This document shows positions 38,906 through 49,424 of a DNA stretch of 64,000 bases, one piece after another (the first letter of the stretch is position 1; every line of letters begins with the position of its first letter). The position numbers and the translations under genes are program-made. The stretch is from Escherichia coli. Lineage in GTDB: Bacteria; Pseudomonadota; Gammaproteobacteria; Enterobacterales; Enterobacteriaceae. Below the pieces are notes generated by a model that was given only the letters and a program-made list of their open reading frames with translations, had not been told where the DNA came from and did no database searches. Where the stretch lies: the NCBI RefSeq assembly GCF_030384885.1, contig NZ_CP128613.1; one strand, 5' to 3'.

Positions 38906-39316
38906 CTACACAACTTCAATGAGGGCATATTCTTCAAAAATAACGTCCATTTCGGGTGAATAGCTTCCCTCTGCCTGGAAAAAACGACGGTGTTCATTGC
39001 GCCAATATTCAAGACTAAGATCACCTTCACCTTCCTTACGGGCAAGCTCCGCGGTGACATCAGAAAATCGCAGTAAATGCAGGCCAATCACTCTGATAAC
39101 ACATACAGGCTCACCACGGCTATTTTCTACAATCTTATACTCACCAATCATCGGAAATGCGTTGTCTTCAATACATCCTGCCAGCGAACCACAGGAAGCA
39201 GTTTTAACACCAGTTGCAATCAACGTTGCGAGGTAATCGGCCAACGCTGCTGAATCGCCAAAACTACAAAAGGAAGCATGGGGATATTTTTGTGAGATTT
39301 TTTCTTTTATGGTCAT
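38906..39316 (-). CDS. ASCH-domain-like small protein, function unknown
   Basis: 136 aa, MTIKEKISQKYPHASFCSFGDSAALADYLATLIATGVKT...; family assignment by pattern only. Confidence 0.55.
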   Translation of the reverse strand: MTIKEKISQKYPHASFCSFGDSAALADYLATLIATGVKTASCGSLAGCIEDNAFPMIGEYKIVENSRGEPVCVIRVIGLHLLRFSDVTAELARKEGEGDLSLEYWRNEHRRFFQAEGSYSPEMDVIFEEYALIEVV

Positions 39317-39613
39317 GAGAATATTTTCGCGATTACGGAAAAAAAATCACATCTTAATTACTGTCGATAACTATCAGCAAGAGGATCATTGGTTTTTCTA
39401 TGTTTAATCTTTTTTATCCGAAGCAGGTCACATTTATGGCTTGATAAATACCTTTGTTAAAACTCACTTTTGTGTATTTCTCTCAAATAATCCCCTGGAA
39501 ATTATGCCGGGAGATTATAAAGTTCAGGATCATTCATTAACAAACCATTCCCGCCCCACTCCCTGGGGCTTAAATCTCTTACTATTCACCGTTGCAGGCG
39601 TTTCAAATTCGTA

Positions 39614-40996
39614 TCAACCTGCCACACTCCCCCACACCAGTTGCCCTTTATGGAACGTTGCGGTTCTCGGCGAGATACGCGCCACCGCCTCGGCGGAACA
39701 GGAGGCGTCCACCAGCACAAAGCTGGCGTCATCCTGCGCTTTAGGCCAGACGCGCTCGCCTTTTTCGTTGAGCGGCAATACATCACCAGTGGCTAAAAAC
39801 AGCGAGCGGGAAAGGTTCTGTTCGTTAGGGCGAATATAGAGCTGCGCGTACAGATTGGCTTTTTCCAGCATGTCGCCCAGGCCGTAAGGCGACCAGTGGT
39901 CAATAACGCTGTCAGTGCCAGTCATTACTTTTACGCCTTTGTCGTGCAGTTGTCTAAGCGGCATATGCAGCGTGCCAATCGGTACCGTCGAGGCAATAGA
40001 AATTTGCTGCGCCGCCATCCGGTTCGCCAGTTCATCTACCTGTTGCTCGTTGAGGGTAGCCAGCGCAAAGGCGTGGCTGATGGTCAGCTTGCCTTTTAGC
40101 TGCGGCGTTTTCTCCACTGTTTCAACCATATAATTGATGGCCGCCACGCCCGCCGGAGTGGTTTCGTGCAGGTGAAGATCGACGCCTTTGTCGTAGTCCA
40201 GCGCAATCTGGAACATGGTGTCGAGGGATTTTTCCATCGCGCCATCAACACTGGTCGGGTCCAGCCCGCCAACGTAATGCGCGCCTGCCTGCATTGCTTC
40301 ACGCATCAAGGGTTCCGATTTCGACAGCAGCAAACCGTGCTGCGGGAAGGCGACAATTTCACACTCGAAGCCCGCCTGACGTCGCGCCAGCACCGCCTGC
40401 AAATTTTGCAGATTTTTCAGGCCGGAAACCGGTTCGATATTGCAGTGGCTGCGGGCAATGGTGGTGCCTTTCGACTGCAATAAATCGATCAGTTTTTCTG
40501 CCCGCTCCTGCGTGTAGGGTTGCAGTTCCGGCAGCATTTTTTGCTCGAGTTTGATCATGTCCTGGATGGTGGTGCCTGCCGGGCGATTGAGCGAGCGCCA
40601 CGGTCCGCCGTAAAAGGTTTTGTCGAGATGAATATGCATGTCGCGAGTAGTGGGCAGCATCAGCTTACCGCCAGCGTCATATTGCGGCAGCGTGGCGTCC
40701 GGATGCTGCTTGTTCTCATGTAGCGCAACAATTTTACCGTCCTGAATCTCCACGGTCTGGCGCGCCGTGCGGGTCTGCACCGCCACACCGTTTTCGTAGT
40801 CAAAACCGGTTTCCAGCAGCACGTTATCAAGATAGTAATGCGGGTCAGTGATTTTCATGGTGTTATTCGCGTCGCAGTGGGTTGTGCCAGAGACCTCCGC
40901 ATGGGCGAATGGCACAGAGGTACCAAACAGCGCGGCGGCGGTGACCATCTTACCGCTCTGGCTCAGAAATTCACGGCGGCTATTGTTTTTTTTCAT
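39614..40996 (-). CDS. yahJ: Tat-exported amidohydrolase / deaminase
   Basis: 460 aa; twin-arginine signal SRREFLSQSG...AHA; amidohydrolase HxH motif (MHIHLD). Confidence 0.9.
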   Translation of the reverse strand: MKKNNSRREFLSQSGKMVTAAALFGTSVPFAHAEVSGTTHCDANNTMKITDPHYYLDNVLLETGFDYENGVAVQTRTARQTVEIQDGKIVALHENKQHPDATLPQYDAGGKLMLPTTRDMHIHLDKTFYGGPWRSLNRPAGTTIQDMIKLEQKMLPELQPYTQERAEKLIDLLQSKGTTIARSHCNIEPVSGLKNLQNLQAVLARRQAGFECEIVAFPQHGLLLSKSEPLMREAMQAGAHYVGGLDPTSVDGAMEKSLDTMFQIALDYDKGVDLHLHETTPAGVAAINYMVETVEKTPQLKGKLTISHAFALATLNEQQVDELANRMAAQQISIASTVPIGTLHMPLRQLHDKGVKVMTGTDSVIDHWSPYGLGDMLEKANLYAQLYIRPNEQNLSRSLFLATGDVLPLNEKGERVWPKAQDDASFVLVDASCSAEAVARISPRTATFHKGQLVWGSVAG

Positions 40997-41005
40997 CTTA
41001 CGTCC

Positions 41006-41956
41006 TTACGTTTTAATAATATGGGTGCCCGTTTCGCCACGCAGCGCCGCGGGCAGGCATTCCGGCGTGGTGATAATCACTTCTTTACCGCCCTGTTCCA
41101 GGAACGTCAGGCTGGCGATGATTTTTGGCAACATGCTGCCTGGCGGGAAATGCCCTTCCTGCATATAGCGGGTCATGGTGGCAATATCCACCCGATCCAG
41201 CGCCTGCTGCTGCGGTTTGCCAAAATGAATACAGACTTTTTCCACGCCAGTGGTGATCACCAGAATGTCGGCGTGAATTTCACGGGCCAATAGCGCGGTA
41301 GAGAGATCTTTGTCGATAACCGCGTCCACGCTTTGGTAATCCCCCGCTTCACTGCACACCACCGGAATTCCACCGCCGCCCGCGCCAATTACCACAAAGT
41401 CTTGTTGGATCAGCGCCTTAATGGCAGGTGCTTCGACAATACGTTTCGGTTCCGGCGAGGCGACCACGCGGCGATAGCCGCGTCCGGCATCTTCAACAAA
41501 ACGCCAGTCAGGGTTAGTCTTTTGTAATTCGTCACGCTGGCTGTCACTAAAGAATGCGCCGATGGGCTTGGTGGGATGGGCAAACCCCGGATCGTTTTTA
41601 TCCACTTCCACCTGAGTCACCACAGTGACGGCTTTTTTCTCGCCGTGGCGCGCCAGCCGATTGTTCAGCGCCTGTTGGATCAAGTAGCCAATGCCGCCTT
41701 GCGTATCTGCCACACAGTTCGCCAGCGGCGTTAAGGGCAGCCCTTCGCGCTCGTGGGCAATCTCCGCACGGCGTAGATCCAGCCCAACCTGCGGCCCGTT
41801 GCCGTGGGTCAGCACAATGTCGTAATCGGAAGCCAGCATTTCCAGCACCGTATCGGCGACGGCCTTCACCGCCTCCGCCTGATGCTCAATCGACTGGCTG
41901 GCGTTATCTTTGATAATGCTGTTGCCACCAATGGCAACGACCACAAGCTCTTTCAT
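41006..41956 (-). CDS. yahI: carbamate kinase-like protein
   Basis: 316 aa from the internal Met, MKELVVVAIGGNSIIKDNASQ...; amino-acid kinase fold. Confidence 0.9.
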   Translation of the reverse strand: MKELVVVAIGGNSIIKDNASQSIEHQAEAVKAVADTVLEMLASDYDIVLTHGNGPQVGLDLRRAEIAHEREGLPLTPLANCVADTQGGIGYLIQQALNNRLARHGEKKAVTVVTQVEVDKNDPGFAHPTKPIGAFFSDSQRDELQKTNPDWRFVEDAGRGYRRVVASPEPKRIVEAPAIKALIQQDFVVIGAGGGGIPVVCSEAGDYQSVDAVIDKDLSTALLAREIHADILVITTGVEKVCIHFGKPQQQALDRVDIATMTRYMQEGHFPPGSMLPKIIASLTFLEQGGKEVIITTPECLPAALRGETGTHIIKT

Positions 41957-42051
41957 ATTGTTATGTCCGCTACAGAGGGTGATGAGGTTATGAAAGTGAG
42001 GTTGCCCCTCTCCCCAGAAGGGAGAAGGGATCGTAAAGTGCACTTTGCAGG

Positions 42052-43470
42052 TCAGACGCCGTAACGTTCGCACCAGCCAAGAATGGCTTTTTCGAAGCAG
42101 GCGAATGGTGGATGCACAATGCCCGCGCCAATCATGCCGACGCCCGCATCTTTATGGGCAATGGCGGTGTTGATCACTGGCAGAATGCCACTGCTACCCA
42201 CGCGGGTGATGTCGATTGCCGACGGCACGCCCATAAATCCGAGCAGCGGAATGGTGACGTTCGGGTTTTCGCCGAGGGTGATTTCACGCATCTGGCGGGA
42301 GAAATCGATAGCCTCTTCCACCGTACCGCCCACCAGCGCGACGATAGCGGGTGCGGTCGCCATAGCAAATCCACCAATGCCGTAGGTTTCGGTGATGGCG
42401 CTGTCGCCAATATCCAACCCAGAATCTTCCGGCTTATAACCTGCAAACATCGGGCCGATCACCTGCTGCGCCGGACCGGTAAACCATTGCCCCGGCAGGC
42501 CGCTGACCCGCAGGCCGAACTCGACGCCGTTACGCGCCATCGTGGTCACCACGGTGCTGTATTCGATGCCGTGCGCCGCATCCATCGCCGCTTTACACAT
42601 CGCCATCCACGTCGGGCCGGAGAAGTAGTCGCTGCTGGCGACAAACTCAAACACTTCGCGCTGTTGCTCGACGGAATAACCCGCCTGAATAATCCCCGGC
42701 GTCAGCGCCTGAATCAGCAGCGTCGTCCCGGCGTTATTGCGGTTATGGCATTCATCGCCCATATGCAGCGCCTGCGCCAGCATCAAGCGCAGATCGATCT
42801 CGCCGATAATTTTCATCGCGTCACGCAGCATTGGCCCCTGCACATCGCGCATCCAGTTGAGGCGGTCAATCACGCTCTGATCGTTGGCACCCATACGCAA
42901 AATCTTCGCCATCTGCTCGCTCATATTGGTGTAAGCGATGTTGCCGTAGGTTTTGTTTTTCACGATGTGCATAAACATCGAGGCAGAGGTAACACCCGCC
43001 ATCGAACCCACGCAGTCATGCTCGTGGCACGGCGAGAAAGTGATCTCCCCGGAAGCCGCCAGTTCGGCCGCCTCGTCGAGATCTTTCGCCAGCCCTTCGA
43101 ACACCAGGGCCCCGGTGACCGCGCCTTTCATCGCGCCGCACATTTTTTCCCAGGTCACTGGCGGCCCGGCGTGAAGAATGGTTTTCGCCGTCATGCCTGG
43201 CACCACGTTAATCGCCTGATCAAAGCCAATCAGTACCGGATGCGACTGGATAATGCGTTCCAGCGCCTGCTGGTTAGCGGCGGCGATTTTGTCTGCCAGC
43301 GGTGAATCGGCAATGTTGTCCAGCGCCTGCACCACCTGCATATTGCCCTGCCCCGGCGGCGTCCAGTCGAGTTGGGTCACTTCTACATACTGCTTTTTCA
43401 GGTCATCGCTAAACATGGCGATGCCGACGTTAATAACGTTCAACGGTTGGCTAAACAGTGACTGGCTCAT
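42052..43470 (-). CDS. yahG: DUF1116 protein (YlbE paralogue)
   Basis: 472 aa, MSQSLFSQPLNVINVGIAMFSDDLKKQ... Confidence 0.9.
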   Translation of the reverse strand: MSQSLFSQPLNVINVGIAMFSDDLKKQYVEVTQLDWTPPGQGNMQVVQALDNIADSPLADKIAAANQQALERIIQSHPVLIGFDQAINVVPGMTAKTILHAGPPVTWEKMCGAMKGAVTGALVFEGLAKDLDEAAELAASGEITFSPCHEHDCVGSMAGVTSASMFMHIVKNKTYGNIAYTNMSEQMAKILRMGANDQSVIDRLNWMRDVQGPMLRDAMKIIGEIDLRLMLAQALHMGDECHNRNNAGTTLLIQALTPGIIQAGYSVEQQREVFEFVASSDYFSGPTWMAMCKAAMDAAHGIEYSTVVTTMARNGVEFGLRVSGLPGQWFTGPAQQVIGPMFAGYKPEDSGLDIGDSAITETYGIGGFAMATAPAIVALVGGTVEEAIDFSRQMREITLGENPNVTIPLLGFMGVPSAIDITRVGSSGILPVINTAIAHKDAGVGMIGAGIVHPPFACFEKAILGWCERYGV

Positions 43471-45017
43471 CAGGCTTCCTCCCCTTTGCAGATAAATTCA
43501 CGCGCCAGCAATCCGGTATTGGTGCTACTGCTCGCCAGAATCACTCCGGCATCAAGCAGCATCTGGCTTTGTTGTTCTAATGATGGCGTATCGAGATCGG
43601 TGCCCAGTACATAGGCGAGAATGATCAACTCGCGTCCTTCGGCAGCGGCGATCGCTTTCGCTTCTTTGATCGCCTTGATGGTGGAACCGACCGGATCTTC
43701 ATGCGATCCAAATCCGAGCACAAAATCCATCACGATCACCGCCACTTCTGGATCACGCGCTTCTTCGATCAAGCGACTGATGCGGTTGGTGGGGTCAATC
43801 ATTGGATGCGGCTTGCCGTTGGTGAAGTCGTCATCGCCAAAGTCGAGGAAGGTGTGTTTGATGCTGCGGTTGATATCTTGCAGGCGGAATTCAGGATCGG
43901 GCTGGATGTTGCTGTAGACATCGCCGTGTTTTTCCATCACCGCGAACATGGTTTCGTCGCACAGTGTGCCGCCGCAGAACAGGCCACGAATGTATTTCTG
44001 CCGCGGTTGCAGACGCGCACGCACATCCGCAATCAACGGCTGGTTCAGGGTATGCAGGTCGAGATGTTCTTGTTTCACGCCACAGAGCATCACCGCTTTC
44101 AACGCCGCCTCTTTGGTGCCGCGGGCAAACTGTAGCCCGTGCTCGTCCACCGGTGTTTCGCCACGGCCGAGGAAGCAGACCACCACCGGCTTGCGGCAGG
44201 CGCGTGCGCGTTCCAGCACTTTGCGGGCCACCGCAGGCGCGGGCGGTTTGGAGATAAGTACAATGATTTCAGTTTGCGGATCGTTTTCCAGCATCCCGAT
44301 AGCGTCGAGCATCATCAGGCCGCCGATTTTCTCGCTCAGGTCGCGCCCGCCGGTACCGATCAGTTGCGAAACGCCGCCGCCAAATTCATGAATGCGGACG
44401 CTCAGCTCCTGGCTGCCGGTGCCGGATGCGCCAACAATACCGATGTTGCCGCGACGCACGGCGTTACCAAAGCAGAGCGCCGCGCCGTTGATAATCGCCG
44501 TGCCGCAGTCTGGCCCCATCATCAGCAGCCCTTTTTCGTGGGCCAACTGTTTGAGCGCCAGTTCATCTTCAACCGAGACGTTATCGGAAAACAGCATCAC
44601 GTTAAGATCGTTTTGCAGCGCCTGACGTGCTTCGCGAGCGGCAAACAGACCGTTGACCGAAATCACGGCCAGGTTACTTTCCGGGATATGCTTTTTGGCG
44701 CTGGCAATCGTGGCGTAACGCGCCTCGTGCGAGCCACTTTGCGCTTTGCTGTTGAACAGTTCTTCAATCTCCACCAGCAACTGCTCGTTGTCTGCGCCCG
44801 CTTTGCCGTTGATGACAATCATCAGGTCGCCGTTTTTCGCCTGTTCCAGCTCCGGCGTCAGCAGCCCTAAATTCTTCAGAACGCCTTTGTTCATTTCGGT
44901 CGCCATCGCCACAAATGCCTGCTCGACACCGTCGAGTTTATTTGCACGTGTGGAGATAGACATCAGCGAGACAGAATCAAAATAGGTATTCGGTTTAATG
45001 ACTATTTTAACTGACAT
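43470..45017 (-). CDS. yahF: FdrA-family protein (CoA-ligase alpha-subunit-like)
   Basis: 515 aa, MSVKIVIKPNTYFDSVSLMSISTRANKLDG... Confidence 0.9.
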   Translation of the reverse strand: MSVKIVIKPNTYFDSVSLMSISTRANKLDGVEQAFVAMATEMNKGVLKNLGLLTPELEQAKNGDLMIVINGKAGADNEQLLVEIEELFNSKAQSGSHEARYATIASAKKHIPESNLAVISVNGLFAAREARQALQNDLNVMLFSDNVSVEDELALKQLAHEKGLLMMGPDCGTAIINGAALCFGNAVRRGNIGIVGASGTGSQELSVRIHEFGGGVSQLIGTGGRDLSEKIGGLMMLDAIGMLENDPQTEIIVLISKPPAPAVARKVLERARACRKPVVVCFLGRGETPVDEHGLQFARGTKEAALKAVMLCGVKQEHLDLHTLNQPLIADVRARLQPRQKYIRGLFCGGTLCDETMFAVMEKHGDVYSNIQPDPEFRLQDINRSIKHTFLDFGDDDFTNGKPHPMIDPTNRISRLIEEARDPEVAVIVMDFVLGFGSHEDPVGSTIKAIKEAKAIAAAEGRELIILAYVLGTDLDTPSLEQQSQMLLDAGVILASSSTNTGLLAREFICKGEEA

Positions 45018-45870
45018 AATTCCCTCCGTAGGTTTGGCTCAGCGCACAAGCATCGGCCATGCCATACAGCATGTCGCAGCCGGAACTGGAGCCAATATGT
45101 TTAATTTTTTCTATTGCCTGGGTTGAATTCCCAGGGATGCCATAAATAATGTCGTGAATAAAATGGTGAATATTTTCCCGACAACGTTGCTGTAATGCGG
45201 CTTCCAGCGTTATGGCACTTAGTAACGTGGTATTATTTCTGCCGCGTTGCAGACCGAGATAAAATTTCTCTTTGTATTTTTCCGCCGGATGCCCGGAAAT
45301 AAATAAAATAAGTACCAGCCCGGTCAGATAATCATCGGCTGATGGCGTAAGGCCAATCCCTAACCCCATCATATTAGCAACCGCCAAAGCGATATTTTGT
45401 TTATCGCTTACTGCCTGAATAACTGCCCGTCGTTTAATACGTAATTCTTTATTTAACGCCTGATAAAACGGATTATCGCCGCAATAATTAAACAGGGTTT
45501 CATTTTCCCCCAGGTGCTGATGAATAATGTCGTGCCACTGTTGCCAGGCGATAAGGTGAAATTTTTCAGCAGTCATTTGCAAGGTTGGGGACAGCCAACG
45601 CTGGCAATGACTCATCTCTATATGAAGATGTTGACCAACCGTAATGCCTTGATCGTCAAACTGAACTTTATCACCATGATGGAACAGACCATTAAAGTGA
45701 GTGAGTGCCAACCGACAACTGTTTGGCGCATTGTCGTACTCTTCACAAAGCAGCGTCAGCAACTGCTGGCGGGCCGGAAGTGCGATATTTACCGCTCTGG
45801 CAAAGACCTGTTCAACCTGTCCTTGCCCCCGCTGCGCCAGAAAATCAGCATCCGCAGTTAGCGCCCACAC
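45007..45870 (-). CDS. yahE: DUF2877 protein (YlbF paralogue)
   Basis: 287 aa. Confidence 0.85.
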   Translation of the reverse strand: MWALTADADFLAQRGQGQVEQVFARAVNIALPARQQLLTLLCEEYDNAPNSCRLALTHFNGLFHHGDKVQFDDQGITVGQHLHIEMSHCQRWLSPTLQMTAEKFHLIAWQQWHDIIHQHLGENETLFNYCGDNPFYQALNKELRIKRRAVIQAVSDKQNIALAVANMMGLGIGLTPSADDYLTGLVLILFISGHPAEKYKEKFYLGLQRGRNNTTLLSAITLEAALQQRCRENIHHFIHDIIYGIPGNSTQAIEKIKHIGSSSGCDMLYGMADACALSQTYGGNYVS

Positions 45871-45909
45871 ACACCGTCTTTCTGGTGTGTTGATAGCAAG
45901 CCTCCCGGT

Positions 45910-46515
45910 TTATGCACCTGCGGCAATCAGTAACTGCGCAATCTCTTCAAAGCCTCGTTCCCGCGCCAGTTCCAGCGGCGTTTTACCATATTTATCGGTC
46001 AGATGCGGGCTGGCACCGTGCTCCAGCAATAACTGGACAATCGCCTGCTGTTTAATCCCACCATCGTTAAGCACAATCGCTTCCAGTAGCGGCGTCCAGC
46101 CAACATGGTTGGTCTGGTTAACGTTAATATCCGTATGCGCCAAAAGCTCTTTTACAATACTTAAATGGCCTTTTTCACAGGCAGGCGTCAGGCCGACACC
46201 GCCGAAACGGGTTACACAATTAAGGTCTGGTTTAGCCGGTAAAATAATTCGTAGTAGCGTTAAATCACCGTTCAGGCAGCTCATTAAAAAAGGATTTAAA
46301 CAGGTCTGGTCTTGTTTATTAATATCCGCACCGGCATCAATTAACGCCTGAACGCAAGCATATTGCTGATATAAACTTGCCAGCGTAATTGCCGTTTTCC
46401 CCTGGCGATCGCAGGTATTAATATCGACACCCAGCGCAAGGCAGGTTTTTACTTTATCGATATCACCCTGTTGTGCAGCCAATAAATAATCGGCAGGTAG
46501 ATTTTTTATACTCAT
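45910..46515 (-). CDS. yahD: ankyrin-repeat protein
   Basis: 201 aa with repeated ankyrin motifs (TPLHLA-like: KTAITLASLYQQYACVQALIDAGADIN...). Confidence 0.9.
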   Translation of the reverse strand: MSIKNLPADYLLAAQQGDIDKVKTCLALGVDINTCDRQGKTAITLASLYQQYACVQALIDAGADINKQDQTCLNPFLMSCLNGDLTLLRIILPAKPDLNCVTRFGGVGLTPACEKGHLSIVKELLAHTDINVNQTNHVGWTPLLEAIVLNDGGIKQQAIVQLLLEHGASPHLTDKYGKTPLELARERGFEEIAQLLIAAGA

Positions 46516-46772
46516 TCACATTCCCCTGGTATTTGTGGCTGTTTTCGATGAATTGAGAATAGCAACGATAATCTGATAAAAGAACCCGCTTAAATTTAAT
46601 TCGCCGTATTTCGCCTTTTTGTTGAATGATGTTCAACAATCTTTTCGCAGTGTGCGGTAGTGCAATATTTGTTTCTTTGACCCGATACCCTTTCACTCAA
46701 TCAGGTTTTATTTCTCTATAGTCTGCACATGTAAGAGTAGCTTTCGTCCATGTCTAACCAGAGGGGAACAAG

Positions 46773-47270
46773 ATGAACGGACTCACGGCAACGGGTGTCA
46801 CCGTCGGTATTTGTGCAGGGCTTTGGCAGTTAGTGTCTTCACATGTCGGGCTCTCTCAGGGATGGGAATTATTAGGAACCATTGGCTTTGTCGCCTTTTG
46901 CAGTTTTTATGCCGCAGGCGGCGGTAAATCGGGGTTTATCAAGAGCCTGGCGGTTAATTACTCCGGGATGGTGTGGGCGTTTTTCGCCGCGCTGGCTTCC
47001 GGTTGGCTAGCCTCGGTGAGTGGGATTTCCGGCTTCTGGGCGAGCGTGATTATGACTGTACCCTTCTCGGCGGTGGTGGTCTGGCAAGGACGTTTCGGTT
47101 TACTGTCTTTTATTCCCGGAGGCTTTCTCGGCATGACGCTATTTTTTGCCAGCGGGATGAACTGGACGGTGACATTACTGGGTTTTCTGGCGGGTAACTG
47201 CGTGGGAATAATTTCAGAATATGGCGGACAAAAATTAAGCGAAGCGACGACTAAACGCGACGGGTATTAA
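46773..47270 (+). CDS. yahC: small inner-membrane protein
   Basis: 165 aa, four predicted TM helices. Confidence 0.85.
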   Translation: MNGLTATGVTVGICAGLWQLVSSHVGLSQGWELLGTIGFVAFCSFYAAGGGKSGFIKSLAVNYSGMVWAFFAALASGWLASVSGISGFWASVIMTVPFSAVVVWQGRFGLLSFIPGGFLGMTLFFASGMNWTVTLLGFLAGNCVGIISEYGGQKLSEATTKRDGY

Positions 47271-47361
47271 AAGTTATTCAAAAATGATTATCTATCTTTA
47301 ACCGATACCTCTACAGTCATGACTGGAGAAATTCAAATTAGATAATGGCGGGAATGGTTTA

Positions 47362-48294
47362 ATGAACTCAATTTTCACCGAAGAAAACCTGTTGGCGTTT
47401 ACTACCGCTGCGCGTTTTAGCAGCTTCAGTAAAGCGGCAGACGAGTTGGGTTTAACCACTTCCGCCATTAGCTACACCATCAAGCGAATGGAAACGGGGC
47501 TGGATGTGGTGCTGTTCACCCGTAACACCCGCAGTATTGAGTTAACCGAGTCCGGGCGTTATTTTTTCCGCAAAGCTACCGACCTGCTGAATGATTTTCA
47601 CGCCATCAAACGCAGCATTGATACTATTTCGCAGGGCATTGAAGCACGGGTTCGCATTTGTATTAACCAGCTGCTTTATACGCCCAAACACACCGCACGC
47701 TTATTACAGGTACTGAAAAAGCAATTTCCAACCTGCCAGATTACCGTCACCACCGAAGTGTATAATGGCGTCTGGGATGCGATTATTAATAATCAGGCGA
47801 ATATCGCTATCGGCGCACCCGACACGCTGCTGGACGGCGGCGGCATTGATTACACGGAGATTGGCGCGATTCGCTGGGCTTTTGCTATCGCCCCGGATCA
47901 CCCGTTAGCCTTTGTGCCAGAGCCGATCGCTGAAAGTCAGCTACGTCTCTACCCCAATATCATGGTGGAAGACACCGCGCATACGATTAATAAAAAAGTG
48001 GGCTGGTTGCTGCATGGGCAGGAGTCGATTCTGGTGCCAGATTTCAACACCAAATGTCAGTGCCAGATTTTAGGCGAAGGAATTGGTTTTTTGCCGGATT
48101 ACATGGTCCGTGAGGCGATGGCGCAATCCCTGCTGGTTACCCGACAAATCCATAATCCGCGCCAGGATTCACGCATGTTACTGGCGACCCAGCACTCTGC
48201 CACCGGTCAGGTGACGCAGTGGATTAAAAAACAATTTTCGCCAAATGGCATATTAACGGGGATCTATCAGGATTTACTGCATCGGGAGAATTAA
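47362..48294 (+). CDS. yahB: LysR-family transcriptional regulator
   Basis: 310 aa, N-terminal HTH FSSFSKAADELGLTTSAISYTIKRME. Confidence 0.9.
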   Translation: MNSIFTEENLLAFTTAARFSSFSKAADELGLTTSAISYTIKRMETGLDVVLFTRNTRSIELTESGRYFFRKATDLLNDFHAIKRSIDTISQGIEARVRICINQLLYTPKHTARLLQVLKKQFPTCQITVTTEVYNGVWDAIINNQANIAIGAPDTLLDGGGIDYTEIGAIRWAFAIAPDHPLAFVPEPIAESQLRLYPNIMVEDTAHTINKKVGWLLHGQESILVPDFNTKCQCQILGEGIGFLPDYMVREAMAQSLLVTRQIHNPRQDSRMLLATQHSATGQVTQWIKKQFSPNGILTGIYQDLLHREN

Positions 48295-48335
48295 TCGCTG
48301 CCAACCTCCCGATGCGCTGTGAATAGCGGTTTACA

Positions 48336-49424
48336 TCAACCACCTGCTTTCATTACCCATTCAGAGATAAATTTATTACCCGGTACTGGCGGAGAGTACA
48401 AATAGCCCTGCAAAAAGTGAACGCCTTTGCCGATCATTAAATCCGCCTGCTCCTGGGTTTCTACCCCTTCCGCCACGATACTCAGACCAGGCTTACGCGC
48501 CAGTTCGACAATATTGTCCACAATATGACCGGAGATTTCGTCAACACTCGCCATTTGCACAAACGACTTGTCAATTTTAATAAAATCGACCGGAAACGCC
48601 TGCAGATAACGATAGGTCGCATAACCCGTACCAAAGTCATCCAGCGCAAAGGTAATGTTATGCTGATGAAGGCTGTCAAATATCGCTCTGGCTTCTGGCG
48701 TTACCGGAATGGGGTTGCGTTCCGTTAGCTCAAGAACCAGCTTGATTTTATCGTTACCTAATTTCTTGACCAGGTTCAGACACTCTTTTTCAAATCCTGC
48801 GGCCAAAAAACATCCTGCCGAGACGTTGATTCCAATATGGAAATTATCCGGCAGCAAATGTTTTACTGGCATCAGAATATCCGCAGTCTGTTTCATCAGC
48901 TGGCGAGTCATTATGACAATAAGACCGGATGACTCCGCCAGAGGAATAAACTGATCCGGTGGGATAATTCCCGTTTGCGGATGTTCCCAGCGGACAAGCA
49001 CTTCACAGCCCGTCAGTACCCCAGTCTGCGCGCAGAAAACCGGTTGGATCCACGGTTTGAATTCGTGATTTTCCAACGCCAGACTGATGGCTTCAGGCGT
49101 GACGATATGGTGATAGTGATTATCATTAATATATTTGTGACTATTATTACCCGTGGCGGATATGATCTCCGGATTGTACTGAAAGAAAATATCCCGCCAG
49201 AAAGTAATATCGCTCTGAATCCCCAGTTTCTCAAAGAGCTGTTTCTTTTGATGTGAAATGGTCTTTGCACTGCGATTTCTGTACTGTGATATTTCTGTTA
49301 CAGACATTCCCTGCATCAGCAGCTTGAGTAGCAGTCGTTCTTTCTCGGATACGCTACCAGGCAATGACAAATGAACCGTTGTACCGAACTCTTGCAGAAA
49401 AACACGAAAATCACATGAATTCAT
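48336..49424 (-). CDS. pdeL: c-di-GMP phosphodiesterase with LuxR-type HTH and EAL domain
   Basis: 362 aa from the internal Met, MNSCDFRVFLQEFGTTVHLSLPGSVSEKERLLLKLL...; EAL motif ELTE. Confidence 0.93.
   Translation of the reverse strand: MNSCDFRVFLQEFGTTVHLSLPGSVSEKERLLLKLLMQGMSVTEISQYRNRSAKTISHQKKQLFEKLGIQSDITFWRDIFFQYNPEIISATGNNSHKYINDNHYHHIVTPEAISLALENHEFKPWIQPVFCAQTGVLTGCEVLVRWEHPQTGIIPPDQFIPLAESSGLIVIMTRQLMKQTADILMPVKHLLPDNFHIGINVSAGCFLAAGFEKECLNLVKKLGNDKIKLVLELTERNPIPVTPEARAIFDSLHQHNITFALDDFGTGYATYRYLQAFPVDFIKIDKSFVQMASVDEISGHIVDNIVELARKPGLSIVAEGVETQEQADLMIGKGVHFLQGYLYSPPVPGNKFISEWVMKAGG

Noticed and set aside
42112-43305. 397-aa plus-strand ORF
   Set aside because: Antisense to yahG; Arg/His-rich composition typical of GC-rich antisense frames.
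44139-44870. 243-aa plus-strand ORF
   Set aside because: Antisense to yahF.
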